Origin: Asterionella formosa
Lineage: Eukaryota
NCBI GenBank assembly: GCA_002256025.1
Contig: NKIB01012547.1
Span: 1-64,000 of the forward strand
Length of the DNA stretch: 64,000 nt
Direction of reading: 5' to 3'
Part shown: in pieces, positions 22,573 to 35,419 of the stretch
Layout of the letters: every line of letters begins with the position of its first letter
Position numbering within the stretch: position 1 is the first letter of the stretch
Position numbers and translations under genes: made by a program
The notes under the pieces: generated by a model
The model's database searches: none
The model's input: the letters and a program-made list of their open reading frames with translations, nothing else
Told to the model about the DNA's origin: nothing

Positions 22573-24357
22573 CTATGCTCTCAGTTCGAGAATACCGGTA
22601 CTGTTGTGCCTTGACATGGAATCTGTAGAACCATACAGACTGTCTGATTTATCCAACATTTTCTTAGTTCCCCGAGACGATGGTCGATGCTTGTCGGAGT
22701 ACAGCTCAAATGCTGGTACACCCAATAAAAATACAAGAACCACGAATTGAACAAAATGTAAATGTCTCCAGAACCCGTGCGTACACGTTACATCGTCCTG
22801 AGAAAGGTGACAAGTCCCGTTCACTGCAAGCACAATGTCGGCAATGTAGAACTGGGCGATTCCCGATAATGTAAAGCCAATGCCGATCAAAATCCCATTG
22901 TATTTAAAGCCCATTTTGGAAGTCAGACATGCGATGTAGACAGGGAAAAGGAACTGGCGAAATAAAGAGTATAGGAAGAATCCAACGATCAGCATGTTGG
23001 GTTGTTTGCTGAAAACTAGCAAAACCAGAATTTGCAAGATACCGGTCACCAGCGTCAATGCTGTACAAGTTTCGAGACCGATAATGTCCATTAGAAATCC
23101 AATGACGATGCTACCTAGGATGCCAAAGGAGCAGATGATGCTGCAAAATGGACGGCATGAAGGAACAGTGAGTAAAGGCGACAAATACGTACATGTTGAA
23201 CGGTCTCGAATAGTTGGTTTTAACAGCCGAATAATGGGATCATACAACGCATTCATGGAAACTTACGTAAAAATCTTTGCAAGTTGGTGTTGGTAATCGG
23301 TTGAGAAGTAATTCTGGTCGCCCAGTTCTGTTGTAAGGGAAGCAACATAAAAGTTTGCCATGAATGAGGTGCTAATAAAGACTAAAAGAATGCGTAGATA
23401 TATCCAAGAAAATAGTTGTCGAAGAAATGGTAAATCTTTGACACTGACTCGTTGCAAGTTTCCAGACTCTATCGCCTCCCTGGAAAGGATAAATGATTCG
23501 TGTCTGTCTAGCTGGTGATGTGAATTGGATCGAAGAAAGGAACTCATCGGGGCCTCCACCAAGTGCTTGGCGAATCGAAGTAAGGGTTCTCTCCTGTCTT
23601 GCTGGGTAGGTGAATTCGATTGAAGAAAGTAATTCCTCGGGACCTCAACCTGTTGATGAATGGCGAACCGAACCCTTTCTTCTTCTGATACAGCGTGGCA
23701 TGGAGAATTGGAGTTTTGTATTCTACTAGGCTTGTCATCCATGTCCTCTACAAGCTCGAACGGCGTATCTGGCCACAGCAGCAGTGCCCCTATCGCACAT
23801 AGTACAAGCACGTATACGTATGAGCTAAACATGGCCCGCAATCCCATTCCGTAGTTATTCCAAAGAAAATCGAAAATGGGCAAAATCACAAATGATAGTG
23901 TGATACTCCCACTCAAACAACTAATCACCAAAAACCGACTGTCGGGAAAGAGATTAGCAATATGAATGACTGCATTCGAAACCCCAGGGCTTCCAAATGA
24001 CATCATGCAAGCCCCGATAGCAAAATACCGGTACGTTTGTGAGACAGCAAAAACTTGGCAGCCAATAGCAATGATAATGTTGCTAACGACGGAACACAAT
24101 CGGGGCCCGCCGACATATAGAACATATCCTAACAGCAGTGATGAGAAGAAACCTGTACTCATTGCTAAGCCGAATATTTTTGTAGTCTCATCCATTGTCA
24201 ATCCAGCGCCTCCTTCGTCGAGGGGTGCGATCAGTAACGTTGTCGCTACAGAAGCCCATCCAAAGAGGATTCCTGCCACTAATGTGGTCTGCATGCACCC
24301 AAAGGCGAACAGTAGTACGCGTCGCTTCGTCGGAGGCCGATCTGGTGGTTCTATCAT
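22573..24357 (-). CDS. MFS transporter, SLC43/LAT3-like; intron 23141-23266
   Basis: AGILFGWAS, GPR, about 12 TM helices in two halves with a long central loop, FRQFLF. Confidence 0.78.
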
Positions 24358-25537
24358 GGCGAAATGGATAGAGACAGTAAAAATCAGGAAAGACGCAACC
24401 GAGGGTATGGGCTGAGGCGAGAAAGGAACTAATTGAGAGGCAACGACGGTTCAGAAAAGAGTTTTGATATCTTTTGCCGGTATTAGTGTTCTACAAAGCA
24501 ATTCTGACTACCGGTACCGGTATGATATTTAGAAAATATTTTTACAAAAATGATATCAACCGGTACGTAGTATTTTACATACGACTCAAAGCAGTATCGC
24601 TCGGCGAATTTCATGTCCGCTCGTGGGTGGACGAGGATGTTCTGCTTGGCTAGTGATCCATTTTACCCCCAGCAGGATTTCAAAATTACCGGTATGCATC
24701 TTCTTTGTTCACTTGCTTGGCTGTCGTTTTGGGTCCACGGCGGCGTTACATAACAGTTAGAACTGCGGTCTCCCTTGGCACACGGGTCATATGCACAGTG
24801 TCTCAAAATTGTAAAATAATTCATACTAGGTACAAGGAATGCAGGAATACCGGTACGGACTAATGCATCTATAAATCTTTGGTCACTCGACTATCACAAT
24901 TGTTTACTGGCATTATTAACAATATAAAAATTACTGAATGTTGTTTCAAAGATAAGACATAGGGAGGGGTCTACTGTTCTGTGTAAACAAAGTTGTTAGG
25001 TACTCACCTGGCTACATAATCTGTTATTAGTTACTCCACCGTTACACTGGTATACCTTGCAGCCCCTGGTACCAGGGTACCTGCTACCAGGTACCAGGTA
25101 CCATGGCTAAAGGACCTGTTGTGCCTCCAGGAAACTGCTTCCTTCCGTATTGTGTCTCCACCACATACATTTAATTACATGGAAGTAGACAGTCTTCCAA
25201 TAATGATGACTCTAAGTTGCACACACATATAATGAGGGTACCAAATCATGTATTAGACAGACATTTAGACATTTGAAGAACTAGAACGGCGATAAATCAT
25301 AACAACAAGATCAATACACAGATTTGCCGACGCGGGTCTGGTCTCTCTTGTATTCTTTTCTTTTGTTGCGGTGGACCCATTTCTGTTGCTCTCTTCTTAT
25401 TCATTTCCAAAGCACCCTAAGTTGCAAACATTTGTCCCATCGTGAGCACAGAAATCGCTTGACATTTGATACAAGGTATCTGGGATCCTTCGAAACGCGA
25501 AAGACTAGGAGGCCCAGTGGAATCGAGTCGCCAAACA

Positions 25538-27487
25538 ATGCCTCTTAAGAGAGGCCCAAACGCCACTACTGTGGCAGATGGGTTTTCCTTGACTGATCAA
25601 CGCGAACCGGTATTTAGTTCCAATCTTGACTTCAACTATGAAGAGGACAGCGACGATGAGGATATTGGTCAATATCCTAGCACTCGTTACTTGTCAGGAC
25701 TGGATCACCATTTACCGAACCCAGATGCACCAAAAATGACGAAATCTCACGAAGGAGAGCATCGAGGTGACTTTGGATCGGTAGCAATCAACGTTACGAA
25801 ATACACCAAGGTCATGGCTTTCTTTGCTGCCATTAACTCCTGCAATTTGGGATACGACATTGGTGTCAATACCAGCGCAGGTCCAATGTTGCAAACGTAC
25901 ATGAACCTAAGCGATACTCAGCTGGAAATTTTTTTTGGGTCGTTGAATCTATTTGCCATGGCGGGAGCTATTTGTGCGCATTTCATTAGTGACAGACATG
26001 GACGTCGATGGGCATTTATTGTTGCGGCTGTCTTTTTCGTTTGCGGCTGTGCTGTCCTTGTCAGTGCAACTGATTTCTCCTCGTTAATGGTCGGGCGAAC
26101 CTTTATTGGACTCGGTGTCGGCTTTGGTCTGGCGGTGCGTATCAATGTTTATATGGTTCACCTACTTGTTTGCTTGGTATGACTTAAAAACTCAAATATG
26201 TGAATTCTTTGTTGTTCAGATTGATCCTATTTACATTTCTGAAATTTCCCCAGCCGCACATCGAGGAGAATTGGTCACGTGGTCAGAGATTTCCACCAAC
26301 GTAGGAATACTGCTAGGATTTTGTTCTGGCCTTGTGTTTGCCTCCTTTCCCGATTCTTCTTCGTGGCGATACATGTTTGGGGTGGGTGCTTTTTTGCCCT
26401 TGGTAGTGATTTTCTTGGCCAAATGTGTAATGCCCGAATCACCCCGGTGGTTGTTACAGAAAGGAAGGGTCAATGACGCTAGAAATGTGCTTGAGAAAAT
26501 ATATCCACCGGGTGAGTACATTTTTAGTGAGATGAGTGATATATTGTCGTGCATTTTTCAATTCAAAACTCTCATTTGTACGATACAATGCCCACCTTCG
26601 AAGGCTACGACATTGGTCCGATCATATTGGACATGCATGAATCTCTGGAACGAGAGAATCTAATGGGAAAGAAGTTTGGCTGGGATTTGATCCTCTTTCC
26701 CACTCCAGCATTGAAACGAATGCTTCTAGTCGGTGTAGGCACTGCCATGGCTCAACAGGCGGTTGGTATCGATGCCATTCAATATTTCTTGTTGTTTATT
26801 ATTCAAGAGTCAGGAATCAAGGGGCGGGGTGCTCAGACAGGCGTTCTCATCTTTCTTGGTTTCTTGAAATTGATATTTATTGTTATTGGAGGGAAGATGT
26901 TTGATCGACGCGGTCGACGTCCTCTCTTTTTCATTTCGTTGTGCGGTATGTCGGCTGCTCTACTGATGCTCTCTATAAATTTCTTCGGTACTACACAGAG
27001 TTCAACATTTGGTATCTTTGGGTTAGCAATCTACCTTTCCTTTTTCAGTTTGGGCATGGGTCCTGGTTCGTGGTTGATCCCTTCTGAAGTATTTTCGACA
27101 AGCATTCGTGCCAAAGCGATGAGTCTAGCAACCTTTATGAACAGATTGATTGCGACCATAATGGCTTCTTCATTCCTGTCAGTTGCCAACGCCATGTCGT
27201 GGTCAGCCTTCTTTTTCTTACTATCAATGATTTGTTTATTGGTCCTTGTTTTTTTATATCTCTACTTACCAGAGACAAATGGTCGATCTCTGGAAGACAT
27301 GTCAATGTACTTTGCTGAAATCACGCAAGATAGGTCAATGTTGGATGCCGAGGCAAAAATTACACGTGAACGAGAGGCTAGAGAGTACGCCGCCAAGACT
27401 GAACGCCGATTCGAGCCCCTCAATATTTCGACTGGACGATCCCAGGTCTTGAAAGATGCCAAAGTAATTGGAACAATGGCTGATTAA
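25538..27487 (+). CDS. MFS sugar porter (polyol/inositol transporter-like), 2 introns
   Basis: GYDIG, SDRHGRR, YISEISPAAHRG, PESPRWL, QQAVGID, DRRGRRPL, PSEVF, PETNGRSLE. Confidence 0.93.
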
Positions 27488-27675
27488 TAAAGAGCCAAGT
27501 TGTCTGCCTTGCCGGTGCAGGAAACTATATGGTATATAGTATGTTGCTTACATCATGGGATTGATGATTTTGGAGTATTAAATGTGTGGTTCGTTTTGAG
27601 GGCGTAGCTAGTATGTATGTGTACAAGCGTGTGTGTGTGTGTAGGCTAATATGTATAGGAAGTGGACAAGTCAAG

Positions 27676-28110
27676 CTACTCGTTGAGTCCCTCTCGCTTC
27701 TCAAGAACTGGACCAGTACCTGGTAGTCTATAAAATTCCACCACAAATTCCACCATGTCCGTCAGAGGTGCGACTTCGTGTCTTACTTGTGGCTCGATCA
27801 CACCATTGTTTTCGCTATCAAGGATATGGACGCTATTCGATGGTTCGTTAATCTGGTACCGAAGCTTGCCCGACGACACCTTGATAACACCCCAAGTTCC
27901 CGCTTTTGTTGTATGCTCCTTTAGGAGACCGCGTGGGATGTTGCAATTGGTAAACGACCCCTTTCCTGGAACTTGACTGTATTTGACCAAACCTGAAGGA
28001 AGTTGGCGCATGCCTCCGCTGGATAACATTCTCATCGGGGTCATGAACGGGGATACACCAGTGTTACAGATGAGTAGTAGAAAGCAGGTGGAGACCCGCC
28101 GTGACGCCAT
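27676..28110 (-). CDS. TehB/YeaR-like cupin (DUF1971) protein with predicted presequence
   Basis: IPRGLLKEHTTKAGTWGVIKVSSGKLRY...IEPQVRHEV...FVVEFYR; hydrophobic N-terminus ending VSP-F. Confidence 0.8.
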   Translation of the reverse strand: MASRRVSTCFLLLICNTGVSPFMTPMRMLSSGGMRQLPSGLVKYSQVPGKGSFTNCNIPRGLLKEHTTKAGTWGVIKVSSGKLRYQINEPSNSVHILDSENNGVIEPQVRHEVAPLTDMVEFVVEFYRLPGTGPVLEKREGLNE

Positions 28111-28593
28111 GGCGTAATTGTCAAGTCCTTGCGCTTATTCTATATATTTATTAAATTTCAGAAGCCAGCAAAATGATTGCCTGTGTTACCGGTAGCAGGT
28201 ACCGGTACGTTATTTGTCATGCCGGTAAACACGTTATGACTGCACTTAATTCTTGTCTGTATGAAATAGTACATACGGTAATGGGGGCGGCGCTCGTCTG
28301 AAAATCTGAATTAAATTTTGCTTGTGCCAAAAAACTTAAACTTCAACACTCCTTCTATTTTTGGGGTGGTGATTTGATATGATATATACAGCAACTAATT
28401 ATAATAAGAACATTGTTGTGCTCTTGCTGATCATAGACTAAAATTTTAAAAATAAATTTAACTTAAAATTTTATACCTAGTATGACTACCGGTAATCATC
28501 TTCTCGATTGTGTACAGGCAGAGCAGTTTACTTGTTATGCCTCCTGTTGTTAATGATAAATATTTTTATTGTAGTGTATCAAATTATCCAAGA

Positions 28594-29100
28594 ATGAGGC
28601 AAAGAACCAATCCTAATTGTGACACTGTTGATTCCGAGTTTATCGATGAAGACGAACAAGAGCAGGTCGTTGGTAAACTACAAGAGGAGGTTTCCAGTCA
28701 AATACAAGCATCGAATAGATCCGCAGCGATAATTGGGGTGCTTTCTGTGGCCTTGAATACCGTATTAACGATTATGAATCCTATCACTGAGATAACTGCT
28801 GCACTCTTCCTTCATTTGACACTATCTTCAGGTTGTCATTTATTCGCATTGCTTAATCACGCCAAAGGTATATCCAAGGGCAACCGCCACGATTTATACT
28901 TACTTTCTGCGGCAACGATTCCGTGTTTGATGCTGGCCTTGATTGACGCAGATGATCCGACCTTTGAGTTGCACAGGGTAATGTTTGTGGGAAATATGTT
29001 AACGACTTGCTTCGCAGTCTGGCTCCGACGAGATTCTTCGGCAACCCTGCAGCATTTTCAAGAATTAGTTGCGGCGAAGTACAAATACAAAAGTTTATGA
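28594..29100 (+). CDS. Conserved hypothetical membrane protein
   Basis: FIDEDEQEQVV N-terminal motif, about 4 hydrophobic segments, C-terminal KYKYKSL. Confidence 0.65.
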   Translation: MRQRTNPNCDTVDSEFIDEDEQEQVVGKLQEEVSSQIQASNRSAAIIGVLSVALNTVLTIMNPITEITAALFLHLTLSSGCHLFALLNHAKGISKGNRHDLYLLSAATIPCLMLALIDADDPTFELHRVMFVGNMLTTCFAVWLRRDSSATLQHFQELVAAKYKYKSL

Positions 29101-29312
29101 TTGTTCACCTTTCTGGGTATTGCGAAAAATTGTACAAGGGTATATCTAGTACTGTATATAGAACTCACCAACAAACCCGTACTATAATACCTTCAATATA
29201 TTCGATAGATATTCCCGGTATAATTATTAGATTTATTCACTCCGTGCAAGAGTTATTCTGGCCAAAATCCAACATGAGGAAGAAAAAAATCGATGAAGGA
29301 AATATGCGATCC

Positions 29313-30680
29313 TCAATTTAGGTACCACTCTCGAACGTAGGAATCAATATCGATTCTTGGCATCTGTTCTTCATATCCACTGCCAGCATGTTCTAACTTA
29401 CTGAGCCATTTCTGCAAGTGAGAAAGTATCGCAAAACATGTTTTAAGGTTGAGATTGACCATGTCCAAATCAATTTCATCCATATACATGTTTAGATGAC
29501 GAGTTCGTTTCATATCAGCATCTGTTGGTGTCTCCGCACCCGTGTCACCTAGAAAAGTGAAATTTCTCCACTTTAAACCATCAAAGTCCAAAGATGTCCC
29601 CTTGAATCCAGAGAAGATTACATACCGTTCAGCTGAAGCCGGTCGACTGCTGATTGGCTTTACCGCTACCATGTGGTCAAATGCTTGCATGATGTTTCGC
29701 ATCAAAATCCGAACTTGCGTGGTTTGGAACCCAAACATTTTCATCACAAACGTACCTCCCTTCTTCAAAAGGGCGAGAGCAGCTGACGCTTGGCAAATGC
29801 AAATCTTTTGTGCTAGTTCTTCTTGACATTCAGAGTCTCGCTGCGCATCAAAGCCGCCATCCGCCATTACAAGGTGTACCTTCCCAACTTCCATGAGTTC
29901 ATTTGGGTGGTCACAGTCACTTTGAATCATAGCTTGCAAGGCCAATACATTATTCCAATTATAAATGTCCCCAGTCCCATCAGCTCCATAGCATATTCGA
30001 TAGTTGCCTGTGTTTTGTATTTTCCAGTCACTCCCTCGTCCTTGCTCATTGCACCCAATCAAAGACATGCCATATCCTCTGCATTGCTGTCGACAAAACT
30101 GCAGAATGTATTCACTAAATCCCCCAGGGGCCCCACATAGATCAACAAATATAAAATCCCCTTTTCTATCATGCTGTGTCAACGTAAAATCTAACATTGC
30201 ATTCAAATTCGCCAACTTGATGGCAGACCGATTCATAAAGAAACTATTCATACCACCTTGTCTGCCTTCACCCAAGACTTCGAATGGGTTGCAAGCACGT
30301 CGAGCTTTTTCGAAATGAACATGTGGGTTTTGAGAGTCAAAACGACTGAAATCTTGGGCAGCTGGCCACAAGCGTCGCTTGATTTGACACAATTGGAGTG
30401 AAAGAGAACGAATGGTAGTGGACCTGCCGACTTGAGACGAATCCATGCCATCAAGCATACCGTCAACTGAAAGCCACTTGACGTGGTTCAGCCAACTAGA
30501 TCTAACTGATCCATTGACGTTTAGCGTATATCCCTTCATGATTTCGTCGAAGCAATCCCCTGTCGTTTCAATTTGACGCCTCGGTATGTTGTAATTCGTT
30601 CCATTCATCATTCGTGATCGCTTTGATCGGTCGCTCTCTTCCTCGGTTTCCATTTCTCGATCATGCTTGTCGCTTTCCAT
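29313..30680 (-). CDS. CMTR1: Cap-specific mRNA (nucleoside-2'-O)-methyltransferase 1-like (FtsJ fold)
   Basis: ARRACNPFE, FMNRSAIKLAN, DLCGAPGGFSEY, GADGTGDI, ADGGFD, FVMKMF, KPISSRPASAERY (K-D-K-E tetrad). Confidence 0.9.
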   Translation of the reverse strand: MESDKHDREMETEEESDRSKRSRMMNGTNYNIPRRQIETTGDCFDEIMKGYTLNVNGSVRSSWLNHVKWLSVDGMLDGMDSSQVGRSTTIRSLSLQLCQIKRRLWPAAQDFSRFDSQNPHVHFEKARRACNPFEVLGEGRQGGMNSFFMNRSAIKLANLNAMLDFTLTQHDRKGDFIFVDLCGAPGGFSEYILQFCRQQCRGYGMSLIGCNEQGRGSDWKIQNTGNYRICYGADGTGDIYNWNNVLALQAMIQSDCDHPNELMEVGKVHLVMADGGFDAQRDSECQEELAQKICICQASAALALLKKGGTFVMKMFGFQTTQVRILMRNIMQAFDHMVAVKPISSRPASAERYVIFSGFKGTSLDFDGLKWRNFTFLGDTGAETPTDADMKRTRHLNMYMDEIDLDMVNLNLKTCFAILSHLQKWLSKLEHAGSGYEEQMPRIDIDSYVREWYLN

Positions 30681-31814
30681 TTTGGAATAAACCGGTATTC
30701 TTGCTTATGGAGTCTGATGGTGTGTTTGCTGGACGGATTGATGCAATTTCGATTGCGAATAGCGAAGCAATACCCAAATATCACAGGTATGTTGGTGCAG
30801 CAGCTCGAATGGTAGACGAATGTAACAGACGATTTCTGTCATCCCCTGGACTGTCCTAGGTACAAATAGTACGATATATGGATACTTCTACCTTCTACCT
30901 ACTACTCCTGCTACCAGGTACATACTATCAAAGCAATAATATTTTACTTGATCATACAAACGTACCGGGGGGACTATGTAGACAGACCTATGTACCGACA
31001 CAGTTTTTAAACAAGCAGGATGATACTCAAGGGATGTCAGCTTTAAAAAAAAATCTACCGGTATGTATTGCCGGTAATGCCGGTACCAGGTAATGGTAGT
31101 CCATTGCCGTTCTTTACCAGGTATACCGGTAGTCCGTGAAAGAAGGTTACCTGTTTGTCTGTACCGGTGTATGATACCAGCACACATCAAACTATCTGCT
31201 TGTATGTACGTCTGTACCTGGTACCGTATGATCATTTGTATGTACCGGTAATTAGCATCTTTTATACTGACTGGTTTGGGTTAGGTAGGGGTACACTATC
31301 AGGTACTGCTCGGTTGCTTTCCAGTTGCACGGAAACAATTGAATAGAGGAGGTAAACCGGTACTCTTACATGTCAAAATACACAGAGTGAAGAAAGGATA
31401 AAATGAGATGAGAGATGTGGAGAGAGAAAGGCAACAGATGTGTGAATGTAGACATGTATATTTCAAGCATGTCAGGCAGTTCATACGGGTTTCCCTATGA
31501 AACAGTGTTATGTCTTCTTCATTGGTCACACAACAGATCTAGTAAGATTGGATAATTTGTAATAACATGAACTATAAGGACAATGTCTCATGAAACTTTC
31601 CTTTATTGCCCTCCTCATCAGCTTTTGCAAACCCAACATGCAGATATCACCTGTGCATGTGACTACGTTTACAATTCACATAGATTAGCGTATTGAATAC
31701 TTTCCTCCCTTGTCTGCATACCAATCTGCCTAAAGGCGTACTTCTATCTACTCGTCGCACAAATACACAGATTGCAGTCCAGCTGCAACTACAGTGCGTA
31801 CCAGCTAGCTCATG

Positions 31815-32822
31815 CTATCTCCCTCTGAACCTATCCTCCTTCAATCCAATAAAGTCCAATTTGACAGCATACAATCCTCCAGCATTTGGTTCTACTGTTG
31901 CATCTCTCGACACTGCAGCAGTTGTAATGAACAACACATTTAGATCCTTGCCTCCAAAGCAGCAGCATGACACTTGTGACGTTGTGTCTGGCATATGGAC
32001 AACAAACACAACATCTCCTGACATTGGGTCAATACGTTGTACAAAGGAGGGCCCGTCTCCACCCCTCCAAACGGCATTCCAGAGATATCCCTGTGCATCG
32101 ATGCATGAACCATCAGGGTCTGCCATTGAAGGGTTTGCATGCAGAAGAGTTTTGTTCGAAAGGCTTCCAGTGGCCGTGTCATACGAGTAGGAGTGAATTT
32201 GTTGAGTGGATGAATCAGCGAGATACATGGTGTTCCCATCCAATGAGAAGCAGATGCTGTTGGTGATTTCAATCTCATCTACTATAGGCTGGTGTGTGAG
32301 CTGATCCCCATCTGTTTGGTATTCACACTTGTATACCTTCATTTTGTTGCCACTAACATCTCCATAGTATCCTCCACAAATAAACCTCCTGCCTGGTCTA
32401 TCGCATCTTCCGTCATTGAGCCGGGTGGGTAGGTTGTATGGATTGACCTTTTCACCTTGACTCATTTCACTAATCGCTTTGCCATGTTCAATATCATATA
32501 TCTGAAATCCATCTTCCCAGGCACATAAATATCCATCTTGTTCCTGTGGGAGCAATGCAAATGCTGCGAGCATTTTGGGCAGTTGAAATGTGTCCATTGA
32601 TGCAGGGGAGAGATGGAGTCTATGAAATTTCTTGCCAAGGATATCCGTAAAGAGAATAGTATCTTTGATATAGTCGTAGAGGATGCATTCGCCCAACTCG
32701 CAATGAAGATCAGCGACCAGTGTCGCAGTGACCGAGGGCGAAGGCGCTCTCCTCGTTGTTGTTGGTACTGATGGTGGTCCATCCAGCACTTGCTTGAGAT
32801 TCATCAAATTCATTGTTGTCAT
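31815..32822 (-). CDS. SMP-30/gluconolactonase/regucalcin family protein
   Basis: LGEC, FTDI, RLNDGRCD, ITNSICFSLDG, PDGSCIDAQG, CCFGGKDL..LFITTA. Confidence 0.92.
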   Translation of the reverse strand: MTTMNLMNLKQVLDGPPSVPTTTRRAPSPSVTATLVADLHCELGECILYDYIKDTILFTDILGKKFHRLHLSPASMDTFQLPKMLAAFALLPQEQDGYLCAWEDGFQIYDIEHGKAISEMSQGEKVNPYNLPTRLNDGRCDRPGRRFICGGYYGDVSGNKMKVYKCEYQTDGDQLTHQPIVDEIEITNSICFSLDGNTMYLADSSTQQIHSYSYDTATGSLSNKTLLHANPSMADPDGSCIDAQGYLWNAVWRGGDGPSFVQRIDPMSGDVVFVVHMPDTTSQVSCCCFGGKDLNVLFITTAAVSRDATVEPNAGGLYAVKLDFIGLKEDRFRGR

Positions 32823-33758
32823 TGTGCTTGTTGGGACGTGTAGCTTACTGAGAGGGACAAATGGCGTTTAGGTGCTGCTGCTACTGGTACTGGTACCGGT
32901 ACTTCGACTGTTGTTGTTGCCTTTTGTACGAACGAGTTTGAAAAAGGTAATAAATCAAGTTGTATACCGGTACCGGCATACGCAAACAAAATTGTTCTTG
33001 GGCGGATTCCGCCGTATCATGCGTGATCGCTCATCATTGTGTCACCACAAAGAGTAGGCGTGGTACCAGTACCTGGTACCCCATCATTTACCAGGTATAT
33101 TGGTGTGTTTCCTAATGGTTACTCCTACTACATACAAATTCATAGCTACTTCATTTGGGCTTGACTTGTTCTCAACTGGCTGTGCGTAGTATCAAATGTC
33201 CTGTGACTACCGGTACCGCTACGTACCTGGTTCCGAAAAACATACATTCCAATTTGTATAATATATATTGCATTGTACACAAAAAAGAAGCATAAGAAAA
33301 ATTTGTATGACAATCATAAACAATTATGGCTGACGATGCTGCGCGCAACTATGGCGTCATTCTCGGTCTTACGTACGTTTTCATGAAGGAAGGATATAAA
33401 CAACCATCTAAAATAAAGTGTAAAAATGGAATGACCATCTTTCCATCTTCTGCTGCTGCTGTTCGATTGCAAGAGAACAGGTACCGGGTAACTTACTCTA
33501 CTTGTCCACCGTCCCAGGCGTCAGACGTCTAGTTGTACTGTAAGAGAAGCCCTGTTTTACAAAAACAACAAGACAAAACCGCTGGAGGTTTCATATAAAC
33601 ATAATTCCTGCCTGCAAAAGTTAGACGTTACTTTTCTCAGTGCACTGCGCAGCATTGGCCCACTGCTCTATAGTATGAGGACTGTGTTTCGATGCCATTA
33701 TATCCAATAAATATTACACATTTAATAATACAAGGAAATCGATGAGGAAAAGCTGATA

Positions 33759-35390
33759 ATGACGGGACGGATCACCACATTGGCACTTTCAATCCTCTTT
33801 GTTTCATTGGGTTGTCGAGTGCAAGGCTTCCCGTTTACATTTCTTTTGTCACCATCCAGATCACAACAAAATTTGAATCAGGACACTATCAACACCATCA
33901 TGTACTCAGACTACAAGAAAAGTTCTTCTCCAAGACCCAACTATCAAACGTTCCTGCTATCGGCACCAGAAAATGACAGTATCGAGCCGCCGACGAAACC
34001 ATCGACAGGAGCTGCTATTTTAGCACTTGCCATCCCGGCATTGGGGGCAGAATTGATTGACCCCTTAATGACATTAGCAGACACAGCATTTGTTGGTCGA
34101 TTCTCCGAAACGGATGCACTGGCTGGGATGGGATCGTCTGTGGCATTGTTGGGATTTTCCTTTTACATTTTTAACTTCTTTTGTACTGCCACAACCCCCT
34201 TGGTAGCATCGCAACGAGCTGCGGGGAATGAAGCAGGTGCCATTGCCGTTGGCGGACAAGCTCTTTCGTTTGCTCTGTTTCTTGGAAGTCTCATGACTAT
34301 AGTGATCCTCGCTTTCGAACAGCCCTTACTAGAATTGATGGGGACTGGCATCACGGGTGCCACTGCCAATGAATATGCTCTTTCCTTTTTGGGAATTCGA
34401 GCCTTTGCAGCTCCTGCCGTCCTATGCATATCTGCGTCCACTGGTATACTCAGAGGGTATTTGGATACAAAAACGCCCATTTATATTTTGGTCATGGCAA
34501 ATATCATCAATTTAATTTTGGACCTTATTCTCATTCCTGGCATGGGATTAGGTCCCACTGGTGCTGCCATTGCAACTACGACTGCGGAGTGGATTAGTGC
34601 GCTGTTATTTCTTGGTGTGTTGGCTGGAACTCTACCCTCTGCTGATGGAGCGCTGGGTAGCAACCGACGTGCTGCTTCGGATGGTGCAGCACAAATGTTG
34701 GTAGTAGTACCATCCTTTTCGATTCCTCCCTTGTCGGAAGTACAGCCATTGCTACTTGCATCCGGGTCTGTGTTTCTTCGATCGTTGGTACTTCAGCTTT
34801 CACTTGCATCTGCTGCTGCCATGGCTGCGAGAGCAGGAGAAGCATCGGCAAGTGTTGCCGCACATCAAATCGCTATGCAGCTTTGGATCTTGTCTTCGTA
34901 TACAGCAGATTCATTGGCAGCGGCGGCTCAGGGACTAATTGCAGATGCTCTTGGACGGAAGGACCAAGACAAGGCAAGAGATGTGACAAGGACAGTGGCT
35001 GTATATAGTGTTGTGCTTGGGACGTTGCTAGGTCTTGGTCTTGGGGTTGGAAGTGCCACTAGTTTCCTCGAGACTTTCTTTACTTCCGATAGTAGCGTTC
35101 AGCATGAGTTGAGCAAAATCCTTGCGTTGATAGTCATTGCTCAACCGTTGAACTCGGTGGTGTTTGCATCCGACGGTATAGTGCAGGGGGCATCGGCATT
35201 TGTGTTTCAAGCCAAGGGCATGGCAGTCAGTGGTTCAACTGCCTTTGGCTCGTTCCTTGCATTGCAGTACTTCGGAGATGGCTCTGAAACACTCCTACAT
35301 GTTTGGACTGCATTGATAGTTCTGCAAATCATGCGAGGCGTTACAAATTGCTGGAAAGTGAATGATATTGGTCTGCTAAAGAGTTTATAA
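33759..35390 (+). CDS. MATE family transporter (DinF/DTX-like), probably plastid-targeted
   Basis: ALAIPAL..LIDPLMTLADTAFVG, GILRGYLDTKTP, AAHQIA, QPLNSVVFASDG; signal peptide ending VQG-F. Confidence 0.92.
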   Translation: MTGRITTLALSILFVSLGCRVQGFPFTFLLSPSRSQQNLNQDTINTIMYSDYKKSSSPRPNYQTFLLSAPENDSIEPPTKPSTGAAILALAIPALGAELIDPLMTLADTAFVGRFSETDALAGMGSSVALLGFSFYIFNFFCTATTPLVASQRAAGNEAGAIAVGGQALSFALFLGSLMTIVILAFEQPLLELMGTGITGATANEYALSFLGIRAFAAPAVLCISASTGILRGYLDTKTPIYILVMANIINLILDLILIPGMGLGPTGAAIATTTAEWISALLFLGVLAGTLPSADGALGSNRRAASDGAAQMLVVVPSFSIPPLSEVQPLLLASGSVFLRSLVLQLSLASAAAMAARAGEASASVAAHQIAMQLWILSSYTADSLAAAAQGLIADALGRKDQDKARDVTRTVAVYSVVLGTLLGLGLGVGSATSFLETFFTSDSSVQHELSKILALIVIAQPLNSVVFASDGIVQGASAFVFQAKGMAVSGSTAFGSFLALQYFGDGSETLLHVWTALIVLQIMRGVTNCWKVNDIGLLKSL

Positions 35391-35419
35391 AAGAAGTAGG
35401 CGCACTATAGCCTATTGCA

